The position numbers and the translations under genes were made by a program. Below, piece after piece: positions 11,680 to 24,667 of a stretch of DNA of 64,000 bases. Every line of letters starts with the position of its first letter. Within the stretch, counting starts at the first letter, position 1. This DNA comes from Podarcis liolepis. Taxonomy: Eukaryota. Under the pieces are notes generated by a model. The model saw nothing but the letters and a program-made list of their open reading frames with translations, was not told the origin of the DNA and ran no database searches. The stretch lies in the NCBI GenBank assembly GCA_965112155.1, contig OZ218105.1; one strand, given 5' to 3'.

Positions 11680-12110
11680 ACACATGCATTAGAGGTCTTT
11701 AGATGCCAGGCCACTTCTCCAGGTCTCTAGAATTTGCATCTGAAAGACCATCACCTTTCCTACAGACCCTCTCAGGTATTAAAGATCAGCAGAGGGACCT
11801 TAATTCTAATTCCACTGCCCTTACAAATTTTGGGTGGCAGTGGTCCAGAAGAGGGCATTAGAAATCCCTCCCCACAAAGGTGTATCTGACACCTTTGTTA
11901 TATAGCTTACATCATATGCTTAAGAATGCATCTCTTTAACCTGACCTTCAGCACCTGCTATATCTCTCTATATAGTTCTTTATGACCACACTATTCTTCT
12001 GATTGTAAATTGTTTTAACGGATTTTAATATTGCATTTCCATATAGTTGAAACCCACCTTGGGACCTTATGGTGAAGGATGGGTAAGAAATCTAATTATT
12101 AATAATAATA
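11680..12110 (+). mobile_element. Old L2 LINE 3' fragment
   Basis: Decayed match to L2 ORF2 end (accctctcaggtattaaagatcagcagaggg...ccagaagagggc) and tail ...gggtaagaaat.(taa)n. Confidence 0.55.
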
Positions 12111-12921
12111 CAATTCAGACAGTGAGATATCCCTAGAGGTAAATGCATTCACAGAGGTAGAGAGTGTCAGTGCACTTTTGCCTTCCACCACCTATTGAGA
12201 TAATAGATATTGTTTAAATCACAATCACAACGTATTAACTGCAGCTGCACATGTCTGAATTGGAACTATTATTATCTGTAAAGGCATTAGGTCCATCAGG
12301 AGATTTTTTAAAAATGAAATTCTTATTTGCTAACACATTCTACATCAGTTAGTGCAGGGCAGTCTTTCTATCACAGAAGAGATGAAGTAACTACAACATT
12401 AAAGGAGTCAGAAGAAAAACTTACGCAATGTGCTGAAGAGATGTGATCTCTTACTGAGTGGTGCTACAAGTATAAAAAGATGGTCGTTGTTTTTATGTAA
12501 GATGTTTGAGAGTATGGTGATGTCAGAGAGCAAGGAGGACTGTTAACTTGGAAGAAGAACCACTTGTGTTCTGCTTTCATGCTCGCATATTGTCTGTATT
12601 TTTGAACAGGAATGCGAGGGGAAAGATTTGTCTGCACCTCTTTCATATAATTGAACAGTTGGCAGGTGATGAGTTGTGGGGAATTTCAAAGAAGCCCAGC
12701 AGAGAGAATAGGGTAGGCATTTTCCCTACAGAGTTGCCCAGTTTAACTTATGCCTGTTTTATAGCATAATTAACCTAATGGTTATTCTGGCTCTGGCTGT
12801 TCAGTTCCAATTGTATGAAAAGCACATTGGTGGGTTGATGGGGATGAGAAGAACTCATAATTGGAAATGAATTTATTTTGGCATGGACAAATATAACAAC
12901 AATTATGATCGCAACTTCAAA

Positions 12922-13054
12922 CGATAGCTCAGTCGGTAGACCATGAGACTCTTAATTTTTCTCCATCTTGGGCAAAAGATTCCTGCATTGCAGGGGGTTA
13001 AACTAGACGACCCTCATGGATCCTTCCAACGCTACAAAATCTGTGATTCTATGA
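12922..13054 (+). mobile_element. tRNA-Lys(CTT)-derived SINE with CR1-type tail, B-box region deleted
   Basis: tagctcagtcggtaga.catgagactcttaat matches the tRNA-Lys 5' half; tail ccttccaac...gattctatga; another tail near 20490-20566. Confidence 0.75.
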
Positions 13055-14739
13055 CTAGTATCAATTTTGGTAAAATAAAAAAGAAATCAATGGGGGCAGA
13101 TTTTAGAAGAAAAACTGCTGGAGGGGAAAGGGCTAGTATGGCTGAGTGAAAATGGCCTCCAAAAATTCAGCTAAGGCAATGAACAAGCAGAATGTAACTT
13201 TTCCTCCCTGTCTTCCCTCCATATATTCCCGATGGCACCCTCCAATCTCCTTTAGACAATTGGAGATCCTCCCCGCGCCCCCCAAAACAAAAGATTTGGT
13301 GGGAGCAGGAACATGAAGTTGTCATTCTTCCTGTGGAATGGCTCGGTTGAATACAGTGTTGGTAGCAAACTTGGCACTGGCATTTTTTCCAAAGAAAGTT
13401 TTCCAAAACTGTCAGAAAATGCTTTTCTGAGAATTTTCAGCTTCTCTTAATGTTGGATGAAACTCAATTGTTAGTTTACGTTGGTGGATGAAGGAAGCAG
13501 TGGACCATGAGAGGAGGACAATAAGGAACTTGTTGTTTCTATTAACAATGTAAAACATAATGTTCAACAGAATTAAAAATGGATCCACAGTTGCACCCAG
13601 AATTCATGGGTGGTGAAACTGGGGAGGGCTTTTTGCTAAATATTCTCCGGGGAGAAATGAAATGAAATCATCTCTCTCTCTCTCTCTCTTTCTGATGTAG
13701 ATCACCCAATGACTATTCTGATGAAGGGTGGCATAGAAATAACTTAATAAAGACAATTGTTTTTGTTGAGCAGTTCAGAAAGAGGTCAAAATGGGAAACT
13801 TTCAAAAGATTGCCAGAATTTTTTAATTTTAATTTTATTTTTGAAAAATTTTGTCTTAGTCATATGCTTTCCCTTTCCTTCAGGATTTCATTTTATATTG
13901 TAGCCTTTGCGGCTGCAGTTTGCAAAAGAAGAGAAATGTCAGGAACATGATGTGCAGTTTGGCAGTTACTCTTAAAGACTTTGCAGTATCCTAGTCTATA
14001 ATTATGTATCATCTGACAAGCAGCTTTGATTGTGACAATATACAATCTGCATTTTTTATCCACATATGCCTAATAAGAACAGTCTAGAGAAAGTCTAGAG
14101 ACAGTTCTTTGTAGAAGGAGAAGGATCAGGGATGTAACCATTTAAATTCACGAAGGCTTTTATTGGGGCTTTAGTTCCCGGGTGAGTGTTTGTTTGTCTT
14201 TAGAGAAAACCTCTATTTTCAACATGATGGTGTATAGCACTTGAGGGAATACATCTTGTCAGGTTTGGCCAATGCTGCTTTTTTTAAATCCAAAGAAGCC
14301 TACATATTTAAATCCTAAAAGTTTGGGAAAGGGAATTAGATATAGCATCAAATCTAAAAGATGACCACACATTACAAGGGCTCCTTAGAGATTCATGCTC
14401 GGTGTGTTCATTCCAAATTGTTGATTTGTCACTGAAGAAAGCAGTTGGGTCAAAATGTATCTGGCTGTGAATGATCTCTGCCTACTGCAAACTGCATGCT
14501 TTTTTCCACCTTAAGATGTATGAACCATTAGTTTAAAAACAATCCAGCATGTTTTCTATACACACCAAATAATATACTCACCTACAACCATTGGTTAATT
14601 TGTGTTGTGAATGAATATTGTTAGCTATGTTATTTATTCTATGAAGCTATTGTATTGTAGGTTGTGTGTTCAGTGTATGAAATAGGTGTGCATTTAAATA
14701 TATAGCTCTCCTGAGACGCAGTTCACTTTTAAAATGGTC

Positions 14740-15280
14740 AAACAATACAAATATCAAAGCAACATAGTATCAGCTAAAAGAGCAATAGGAACATTCAAAA
14801 CTATCAGGAGGGCATTTCCTTTTTGCAGGTCTCATTCTCTCAAAGGTCTAGCCAGTCTCCAAAAAACCCTGGCAGGATGGTTCTACTGGCTGCTATTAAG
14901 GAGGATACCATTGCAAAGAAGGGACTTTCTCCTGGTAGCCATTAGCCTGTTGATGGCAAATGCACCTGGAGCAAGCCATCATGCAAGGACACATGGTTGG
15001 AGGGCACATAAGTGAGGAGGTGCTCCCTAATATATATTCTGAGCTCAAGCTGCTGATGGCTTTAAAGGTCAGAACCATCTCTTCTCATTCTGTCTGAAAA
15101 CTAATTGGCAACTAGCCAACCTCCTTCAATGCTGTTGCAAAGTCTTCCCTGTAGCTAACTTGAATAGCAGTCTGTATCCTGGATCAGACGCGCTTTCTCA
15201 ACCGTCTTCAGGTACATTCCACCATAGAACATCTTGAAGTAACTGAGCCTATTGTTATTGCCCCCTCCCTGCTATCCCCT
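14740..15280 (-). mobile_element. Old L2 LINE 3' fragment
   Basis: Minus-strand MVLTFKA... and ctgaagacggtt (LKTV) remnants of L2 ORF2. Confidence 0.55.
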
Positions 15281-15784
15281 GCCTTTCATCATTCTCTTGA
15301 TGATTCTACTTCCACTTTCCCCTACTTCTTGAAGATTGAAGGCATCATGACCAGATTTTATGCCTTTAATTATAATCCTAACAAGCCAGTGTTCAGTGGC
15401 ATGCAGCTGTCTGTAACAAATGACAGAAGAAATAAAAAACACTTCTTTGTTGAGCTTTGCCCCTGGGAATACTCTCCACACCCAGGGAATGAATTGTCTG
15501 CAAGAGTCCCCTCAGGGTCCAATGAAGCTGAATAGGAAGGTGAAAATCCAAACTCACAAAATCCCAGAGCACAAGACAGTATTCTAAAATAATTTATGGT
15601 AATAGGAAATCTTATTGTTCATCAAGTAGTGTGAAGACCATAGATTTCAGCTAGACCATTTCCCATAGGATGCACACTACATGAGGAAAACAAGATGCTT
15701 TTGAATTGAATTCAGAGTTGTTAGCTGTATTCAGAGTTGGATGGTCTATCCTCACATAGCAACATGACAAGCGTTGGTGATTTG

Positions 15785-16073
15785 TGAACCTGAAGGAGTG
15801 TCTCCACCCCCATCGTTCAGCCGGGACACTGAGGTCCAGTTCCTTCACGGCAAGAAGTGAGGTTGCAGGGAACCTGGCAGAGGGCCTTTTCTGTAGTGGT
15901 GCCCACCCTGTGGAACGCCCTCCCATCAGATGTTCAAGGAAATAAACAACTATCTGACTTTTAGAAGACATCTGAAGGCAGCCCTGTTTAGGGAAGTTTT
16001 TAATGTTTGATGTTTTATTGTGTTTTTAATGTTCTGTTGGGAGCCACACAGAGTAGCTAGGGAGACCCAACCA
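15785..16073 (+). mobile_element. L2 LINE 3' fragment ending at a gap
   Basis: Homologous to 21096-21340 (cagagggcc...ccctgtggaacgccctccc...aaggcagccctgtttagggaagtttt). Confidence 0.8.
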
Positions 16074-16201
16074 NNNNNNNNNNNNNNNNNNNNNNNNNNN
16101 NNNNNNNNNNNNNNNNNNNNNNNNNNNNNNNNNNNNNNNNNNNNNNNNNNNNNNNNNNNNNNNNNNNNNNNNNNNNNNNNNNNNNNNNNNNNNNNNNNNN
16201 N
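16074..16201. other. Assembly gap (128 N)
   Basis: Run of N. Confidence 1.
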
Positions 16202-17606
16202 CCACTGCACAGAAATATGTTGTGAATCTTTTTTAAAAATAAATAAATAAATACATCATTTTCTTTAAATTCATTGGCTGTTTCACTTCACCTGAGGTGG
16301 AACCTCGACAAGTTCTCGAATTCTGAGTGAAATATGGTGACTCCATAGGGATATGCTTCCCTAAAGTGTTTTTAGACTATTCACCTGAGTAGAATCCCCA
16401 AGTATATTTTGAAGTAAACAACATTTGGTGGCAGGGAATATTTCATTATCTTCTCTGTTGCTCTTCTTGTTGTTTTTACAAGGATAGAAGATGATGCAAC
16501 CACCTGACTGTTGGCAACATCATATTGGTAGTAGGTGTGAAATCTGCACACTAATGCTGATTTAATGTGCTGCATGCATTTGTCTGGAGTATGAAGCCCG
16601 AGGAGAAGGCGGAGAAAGGGTAGGAAAGATGTGTACAAATTGAACACATGGGGGATAAGATATTCAGAAATCAGACAGAACTAAGTCAAGCTGAGAATAA
16701 AACAAATTCTAGATTAATGCAAACAGCAGGAAACAACACAGAGTGTCTGCTGAGAATAATAATCAGCAATGTGAGTACATCAGAGAGGGGAAGTGTATTT
16801 AGTCGCAGGCACGTTACTATGTGCTGTCAAGTATAAATACAGCATTGTGACTTCATAGTGCTCAGTGCTGTCTTGAGTCACCTCTTCTTATGGCTGGGCC
16901 TAATGTGAAATGATTCGTACACTACAAAATAAGACAGGAAAGTGCATCAGAAATGAAACTGACTTGTGAACCAGGATGCTTGAAAGACACATTCATTTAT
17001 ATGCCATGGAAGAAAGGGGGGGGGGGCTTGATATTCATGACAGCATTATAGTAGCAGCAGAGGCTCTGTAAAATGCTAATTCCATTATTCAGGGGAGGAG
17101 AGAGGCAGAAGAGAAAGAAATATTAGGGAATGAAATGAAGGCTATTCAGTTAATAAACGGGCAAAAGGACATAGTTAGGAAGTTTGTGGTAGTAAAACAA
17201 CTAGGGAAACCAAGACTGTCCTCCTATTCCCACTTACGTAAAGTTCATGTGGCTGAATACAGCAATGAGTGAATACACATAGGATTGACTTTCATTGCTA
17301 AAAACTCTAGGCATGCTTACTAGAAGGAAAGTCTGATTGAATACAGGTATCTAACCTCAGACTGAATATGGATAGGATGATGACTTTGCAATCCTAAAAA
17401 CAAAAACGGACATCTCACAGCAAAAGAGGGCCAATACCTTTGGATAGTGGCCATTGTGATCCATTTGAAATGCTGGTGAGGTCCATAGAGTTTATGGACC
17501 TTTTATCTTGATGCAACCCCATTCCAACATCACAAGAAGGGTGATGCATACTACAAAGCTCATGGTGATCCCTCAGCCCTGTGATCAAGACTGGAAACCC
17601 TATGTG

Positions 17607-17903
17607 CAGTGCCGTCTTACCCATAGGCACTAGGGCACCAGGCTTTCAGGGGTGCCAGGCCGAGAGTCTGGGGCCTAAGAGTTGAGTCCGGGGAAGAGCC
17701 CGCGCTTTGGTTGGAGCGCCACAGTGGGCTCTTCCGCTGTGAGTTCTTCAGTGCTGCGAGTTCAGGGGTGACTGAGCCAGCGAGACATTGAGGTGGCCGG
17801 GCAGCCGGCTCCGCCCTCCTGCGCGCCTGGGACTGGACAACCCAGGGGGGTGTGCTAGGAGGAACTTTGCACCCCGGTGCCGCATATGCTTAAGACAGCC
17901 CTA
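17607..17903. mobile_element. hAT MITE, 8-bp TSD CCTATGTG
   Basis: cctatgtg|CAGTGCCGTCTTA...TAAGACAGCCCTA|cctatgtg; GC-rich interior; same family as 38256-38777. Confidence 0.85.
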
Positions 17904-18882
17904 CCTATGTGACTTCATGCAAGACTTGACAGGGTTTGCTCAAAGGTTCCCAGTCACGTGTTGGTATCTGCTCTGACTGAATATGAGTCAGTATGGACAA
18001 TATATGTGAAGCAATCAGTGAAGTTCAGGTTGTGAGTGAAGCAACCATGCACTTAGCCTCATTCATATTCCCTAAATGTGCCTTGCAAAGAGGTCCAAAA
18101 GGTTTTCTTTTTCAGAGTCCAGCAGCAGTAGTAATAGTGTGCTTGAACATATAGTACATTAGCCAGCCTTCACTAGCAGAACACCAGTAAAAATGCAATT
18201 GAGAGGAGGGTAGGAGAAGAAGACAGCTCAAGGCAGCCTTGTATAGGGAAGCTTTTTAATGTTTAATGTTTTACTATATTTTTATATATATTGAAAGCCA
18301 CCCAGAGTGGCCACCTAGTCAGATGTATGAATAATAATAATCATAATCATAACAACAACAAATTTAGCATCTCCTTCCCCACCTCCTGTCTCAGGTGAGT
18401 GCTTGCATACTGCCTGCCTGTACCTCTTGCCTTCCGACAGTCCCAGATTGCTCTAACTGGCTTCATCCAACCCAGAGTGACCCAGGGTTGTTGCAACCTG
18501 GCTCTGCCCAGGCCTGGATTCTGTTGAATTGGCCTAATTTGTTTTGCAATTTGGGTTTGGGCCAAATCCAGCGCACAGCCCTAGTATGTAGCCCTCTGGA
18601 GACAGGCACGCATGCCAAAGGAGGAGACCTGGAAGAAAGATGACAGGAAACATGAATCACCTAAACCTCTTCTCTTGCTCTTTCGGTGGAATCATGTGCA
18701 ACATGATATTCTTTGTCCCATTAAAAACGAAACTTGAGGTTGCCATTTTTATTTTATTTTTTGAATCAAAAAAATGTATGGTATCAACCCTAGCCACCCC
18801 AAAAATTAGTAAGCCACATTGAACTCAGTGGGCCTTAGTTCCAAGTAACATGAGTATGATCGAGCTGGCAGAACCTTGTGGT

Positions 18883-19283
18883 GAGAGCCAGTGTGGTGTA
18901 GTGGTTAAAAGCGGTAGTCTCGTAATCTGGGGAACCGGGTTCGCGTCTCCGCTCCTCCACATGCAGCTGCTGGGTGACCTTGGGCCAGTCACACTTCTTT
19001 GAAGTCTCTCAGCCCCACTGAGAGTGTAGTGTAGTGTAGTGTAGTGGTTAAAAGCTGTAGTCTCGTAATCTGGGGAACCGGGTTCGCGTCTCCGCTCCTC
19101 CACATGCAGCTGCTGGGTGACCTTGGGCCAGTCACACTTCTTTGAAGTCTCTCAGCCCCACTTACCTCACAGAGTGATTGTTGTGGGGAAGGAAGGGAAA
19201 GGAGAATGTTAGCCGCTTTGAGACTCCTGAAGGGGAGTGAAAGGCGGGATATCAAATCCAAACTCTTTTTCTTTCTTCTTCTT
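18883..19283 (+). mobile_element. tRNA-derived SINE (Squam3-like) with duplicated head
   Basis: A-box tggtgtagtgg, B-box ggttcgcgtctcc; about 124 bp duplicated (18896-19019 and 19039-19162); (CTT)n tail. Confidence 0.8.
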
Positions 19284-20988
19284 GTGATTTGTTTTGGATA
19301 ATGCACAGAACAGCGTGTCGAATGCATATAATGCTCTGGCAGCTTTGCTTCGGCCTTGACATCTCCACAAGCGAGGCTCCTTGGTCCTTTAATTTATTGT
19401 GAGAATTTGAATTCAGGTGCTGCCCTGTGGGAGAGCAGGCATCATTATCTGTTACCTCCATAAATGGTCAGCTTCAGACTGTGCTCTGGTTCACATTCTT
19501 TGGAGCCTTGATTCAAGATTGGAAAAGAGCAGGAAGTAGTAAAAGCTCTCCCTTTCCGAACACCATATGCTGCCATATATGAGAACAACAGGATGCGTTA
19601 CAATGCTAGACAGAACAAGTGTGTTTCTTTGCTCCAAGTGGTGGGCTATGATGCCGTAGCCACCTGCTTGGAGTGGGCAAATTAGGCTGATGGGTGTGTT
19701 AGACCCCAGGCAAATAACAATGATGATAAAAAACCTATGGATTTTCTTTTCTTTTTACAAAGCATAGTTTTCCTATATGAAGTACCATGAAAGCTATTGA
19801 AACCATCAGATGCACCATAGTATAGCACATCAATCTTAATACTATATATAAAGATGACACTTTTGTAAAGCACTGAAATGCAAACTACAGGGTATATACA
19901 ATGGATTGGGGGTCTGACTTTAATAAATCTTCAAAATTCTATTAATAATAGGATAGGGTGGGTTTTCCAAATGAGACTTGTTCAGAACACATTGTTGGGG
20001 ATTTCTGAGACATCAGTTGAGTGGCAGACAGTGCTGAAGCACATTGTTAGTTGCTAAATACTCTCAGCTTGTCTGAAAACGAAAAAACTTGTCGCAGGCT
20101 GCTAGTTTCAACTTAATAAGGAGAAGGTTTTGTGCACTAATTATGTCAGAACTTTCCTCCCTTTTTAAAGATCTGGGAGCTGCTAGACTGTCTTAAGGTG
20201 GAGTTTGATCATATACTGGGAAATTCAGATTGTGCCATTGTAGCTGATTGGGAGCTTTTTCCACAACTAACTCACCTCCCCCAAAAGATTTGGCTTCTTT
20301 GCAGTAAGAAAGGGATGGAGAATGACTACTTGCTGTAATGCAACGTCATCCAAACTCACAAAAAGTGAAAGTGAATGTTCAATGGCATCCAGTCTCCCTG
20401 CAAATAGATCAGGGTGCATGCTTAATAAATGGCTAACACGAAAGTGCCCTCAGACCAAGTTCACACATGCATCTAATCATTCCTGCATATTCCTGTATTG
20501 GCAGGAGTTAGACTAGATCATCATCAACGTCGCTTCCAACTCTACAATTCTATGATTCCATGATTCCAGCCCCAGTGACTTCCACTTCACTAAGGTGGTT
20601 GCCATCCAGGCAATAACTTGGAAACCTTTCAGCAGAATGAAATACTTCAGCAGAATGAAAATAACCAATTACAGTTATTATAATAGCAAAGTGTATTGTC
20701 TGGCTTATTTACAGTTGTGAAGCTAAACATGAGCATACCACCCCAACAGGGGGGGAAATGCACAACTAATGAGAATTCTCTCAAAATCCGTACTAACCTA
20801 CTTGAAAAAACAACTCTAATGGTGCATTAAATTTATTTTTCTGCAACGCGTTTAAAGGTGGGCAACATTCTTCCTTCGACACCCCACAAAATGTTGCTGG
20901 AACTAAGGAAATAAACAAATATTTCAGTTGAGAATGGCCTTTTAAACTCATCTCAAATGCGGACACATTTTTATTATCATTACATTTC

Positions 20989-21511
20989 ATAATAATAATA
21001 ATAATAATAATTTATTATTTATACCCCGCCCATCTGGCTGGGCCTCCCCAGCCACTCTGGGCGGCTTCCATAAAAACCAAAAATGCAATAAAATATCACA
21101 CGTTAAAAACTTCCCTGAACAGGGCTGCCTTAAGATGTCTCCTGAATGTCAGGTAGTTGTTTATCGCTTTGACATCTGCTGGAAGGGCGTTCCACAGGGC
21201 GGGCGCCACTACCGAGAAGGCCCTCTGCCTGGTTCCCTGTAGCTTTGCTTCTCGCAATGAGGGAACCGCCAGAAGGCCCTCGGTGCTGGACCTCAGCGTC
21301 CGGGCAGAATGATGGGGGTGGAGACACTCCTTCAGGTATACTGGACCGAGGCCGTTTAGGGCTTTAAAGGTCAGCACCAACACTTTGAATTGTGCTCGGA
21401 AACGTACTGGAAGCCAATGCAGGTCTTTCAAGACCGGTGTTATATGGTCTCGGCGGCCGCTCCCAGTCACCAGTCTAGCTGCCGCATTCTGGATTAGTTG
21501 TAGTTTCCGAG
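20989..21511 (-). mobile_element. Young 5'-truncated L2 LINE (ORF2 C-terminus plus tail)
   Basis: ORF 21096-21470 DHITPVLKDLHWLPVRFRAQFKVLVLTFKALNGLGP...WNALP...FRRHLK; (TTA)n tail. Confidence 0.9.
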
Positions 21512-21514
21512 TCC

Positions 21515-21725
21515 CACATTTCTATCCCACCTTTAATCCAAGGAGCTCTAGGTGGCAAAAACAATTTCATCTTTCTTCTTCACAACCACCCTTTGAGGTA
21601 TGTTAATCTGAAAGATTGCGACTGCCTAAGGTCACCCAGTGTGCTTCATGACTTTGTCAGGATTTGAAACCTGGTCTCCCAGGTCCTAGTCTGACACACT
21701 AAGCACTACACCACACTGCCTCTCC
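21515..21725 (-). mobile_element. Older tRNA-derived SINE whose tail abuts the L2 copy
   Basis: Minus strand gtgtggtgtagtgcttagtgtgtcagactaggacctgggagaccaggtttcaaatcc...tgggtgacctt. Confidence 0.7.
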
Positions 21726-22591
21726 CAGCTGAACTGTCTTGGCAGCGGTATGTGGAATATTATGTGTACCTTAATTCATGTACCTTAATTCAACTTTGGA
21801 ATTTACTAGAGTCACAGTGAGTTTAGCTATCAGTCCCTCAATGAGAATATTTTAGTTATTGGCTATTCTGCCTCCATTTCCTTGTATATCCACAAGACAG
21901 CAGAAGCAAGTGGCTGTCCTATCCATTTCCTTCTGCAATAATTAAGATGCCCATGAGAGGATGCGTGCCTGGAAAAGGACAACGTATTTGTTATCTGTCA
22001 CTACACAACAGAAGCTAAACTGGAGGATTAATTCCCTTTTGTCTTCTGCTATTGCTCTTAATTGAGATTCCCCCCCCCCCGCCCCTCGCACACTTTAGAA
22101 TTCCATATATATCTAATTTCCCCGAATCAAAATTCACAACGGTCTGTTGACAGTGGGAGATTGTCTTTTTAATTAAAAAATCTGCCAGTCCCTTACAAAA
22201 TGATACAATTTCCGCTTTAATGCCAAGGTCCACAATCAGTTTTTGATGTGACTGGTTGATATGAAGTGTATTACTCCATTCCACGGTTTCTTCATATTTC
22301 TCCATGGACTTCTGTTGGTTTTGTACCTTACATGCTGTTGTGACAAAAGAGATGAACTTGCAGTTACATCCATGACATTCATGGGAGCTGATCAAGTCTC
22401 CAAATAACAAGACACTGTTTTATGTAGGTTTCCCTAAAGACATGTAAAATAGATCGTGGGAGTGATTACGTTAATTCATGGAAAATAACTGTATAAGTAA
22501 CTTTTCAGAAATGCAATGATTATTGCCAATGATACATCTATTAAATTTCCTCTGGCTTCTGGCTGTTCTAATGTAGAAAGGCACCCATACT

Positions 22592-22682
22592 CATAGCTGT
22601 CAACGTTTCCCTTTTTTTAAAGGGAAATTCCCTTATTCGGAATAGGATTCCTCGTAAGAAAAGGGAAAAATTGACAGCTATG
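22592..22682. mobile_element. 91-bp hAT mini-MITE, 8-bp TSD CCCATACT
   Basis: cccatact|CATAGCTGTCAA...TTGACAGCTATG|cccatact. Confidence 0.9.
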
Positions 22683-23183
22683 CCCATACTTCACATTTGC
22701 TTTACATGTAGATTTGGATATTTGTTTGTCAATCCTATATTTGATTCCAGATTGACAGTAGTAAGAAGCCAACACATACAGACGGCAAACTCTTTTAGAG
22801 AATCAAACAGGCATTAAGCTTTGCTATGCAGAAAAAACTAAACTGGTGGGGAATGTGAGTATGGGTGTGTGTATGATTTCACCATCTTACCATCAGGTTG
22901 CTGCTATACCTTTATATTTCCCAGGCTTGGACAAAAAACACACAATCTCCATTGGTGGCCAAGCCAAGCCGCCATGATTGTTGTACTGGGGTTGGAAGGG
23001 AGGGGACATCGGTTTAAAGATGTTCTGACTCAAATGCTATCCACAACCTCCCTTCTGATCCCTTCTGACATCTTACTAATTCCCATCTGTCCTTACTGTT
23101 TTTGCCTTTACTAGCACCTGAAAGGGGGAGCGAAGTTGTTGACTTAGGGGCAATGGTGTGTGAGAGAGGAAATTACATGAGAC

Positions 23184-23185
<2 letters not shown>

Positions 23186-23247
<62 letters not shown>
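23186..23247. repeat. Compound microsatellite (TG)n(AG)n
   Basis: Directly visible. Confidence 0.95.
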
Positions 23248-23904
23248 ATATGGCACATATAGGGCCCAAAACTCACAGTCTGCCCTTGAGCTTGCGGTTT
23301 CTCCCTAGAAAAAGCCAGCACAGGGATCCTATTCTAGATCCAAAGTCTGGCATGGGGCGGGGAGATGTTATCCCTTTGCTCCCTACTGTGGTCCTGATGC
23401 AAATTAGAGCCCTGGAATTTGCTTGGGGAAAGGAGGTTGCAGGTGCAGGTGTGCACTCTGATCTGAATCAGGCCCCTGTGCTAGCTGTAGAAGAAAAGTT
23501 ACAGACCCCAAACCAAAACCACATGATTAATGTCACGTGTAATTTGTCCCTTGTCCTGCAGAAATGGAAAGAGAGGGCCAGATTCAGCTCATCTACTGTG
23601 CTAGGAGAAGCCAAGGCTGGAGCAAAGTAGCTTTTTCTTCTCTCTCTTCACTTGCATCTGGCAAGCAGAAATACTTGCACTGACAAAACAAAACAATCCT
23701 ATTAGCGCAATGTTAAATTCCGCCCAAAGTTTGCAATTTTAAAACTCCTGTTATCTACATCTTTTGCACGTATGAGGTTGTCCTATATTCGCACTGACCT
23801 CATTGGACTTTGGGTACATCTTACATTAAGTAGAGATGATGATGATAATAATGAATTATGCATGTGTTGCTGAAAAAAAAAATCATTTTCTTCTTTATTT
23901 CCCC

Positions 23905-24350
23905 CCGCTTTAATGATTAAAAAAATATAGTCAGTCAGGCTGCCAAAGTGCTGAACTATTTAAATGTGAAATCTATTTAATTCTGAGGTTTAATGCACCA
24001 CTGTGTATCTGCTGTTTCCTGCTGTAGTACACATATCATGAATGTAATAAATCATTATGCTATTGCTGATGAGTTATAAATGCTCACTGTGCCACCGCAA
24101 ACAACTGTTTCCTTCATAGAACTGACGGCTGTCGCTACCTGACAAGTTACCTTGCCATTTTTAAATGAGAGCCCGAGTGTCAAATAATATCACGAAGAGG
24201 TGCCTGGGCGCCAGAAGTGATTGATAAGTTTTTAATTATAAATCAAATTTTAATTCAGTTGCTCTGTTCGCTCAAGTATAACTTATGAAATTTAAGGTAT
24301 AAAATATTCATACGTGCAATAATTGAGTTTGTAGCGCTGGTGGGTCCCAT
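23905..24350. promoter_or_regulatory. Candidate conserved non-coding enhancer with PBX-HOX/MEIS motifs
   Basis: No recognisable repeat, AT-rich but CpG-retaining; TGATTTAT (rev) at 24047 and 24238, TGATTGAT at 24218, TGACA at 24140 and (rev) 24178, many TAAT cores. Confidence 0.45.
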
Positions 24351-24667
24351 TGCTCAGGGATGCAAAACAGCTCACCCCCCCCCGCCCAATTGGAACGACG
24401 ACTTTTGTAAGCTATGTGAGGCACTAGTGAAGTGGCTGCTTGCTGTTCTGATAATGTCATTACTGGGGTACGCTACAGATTATTACATAGCTCCCCCACC
24501 CCCATTTAGAAGTAATGACAGCTAGGAATGTCAAAGAATTATGATGGCCAATGGAATAGAAATTGATAATGTTTGCTTATTTTTCCCATGTCTGGAACAA
24601 AAATCAGTGCAGTGAATATGTTTGGTATTCACTATTGCTGATGACTTCAGTCCACAAATGACATGTA

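Noticed and set aside
12425-12463. Possible 39-nt minus-strand micro-exon (tttttatacttgtAG...GTAAGT; PLSKRSHLFSTL)
   Set aside because: Good splice signals but an unrecognised peptide with no linked exons; such matches arise by chance in 64 kb. Needs RNA-seq or conservation
12922-12960. tRNA-Lys gene
   Set aside because: Only the 5' half is present, the T-arm/B-box is deleted and a CR1-type tail follows; it is a SINE
20360-20397. Possible 38-nt minus-strand exon (tatttgcAG...GTGAGT)
   Set aside because: Neither open frame (GDWMPLNIHFHF or RLDAIEHSLSLF) is recognisable; unsupported
22015-22410. 131-aa minus-strand ORF with splice-like signals
   Set aside because: No recognisable domain; runs through a poly-C tract
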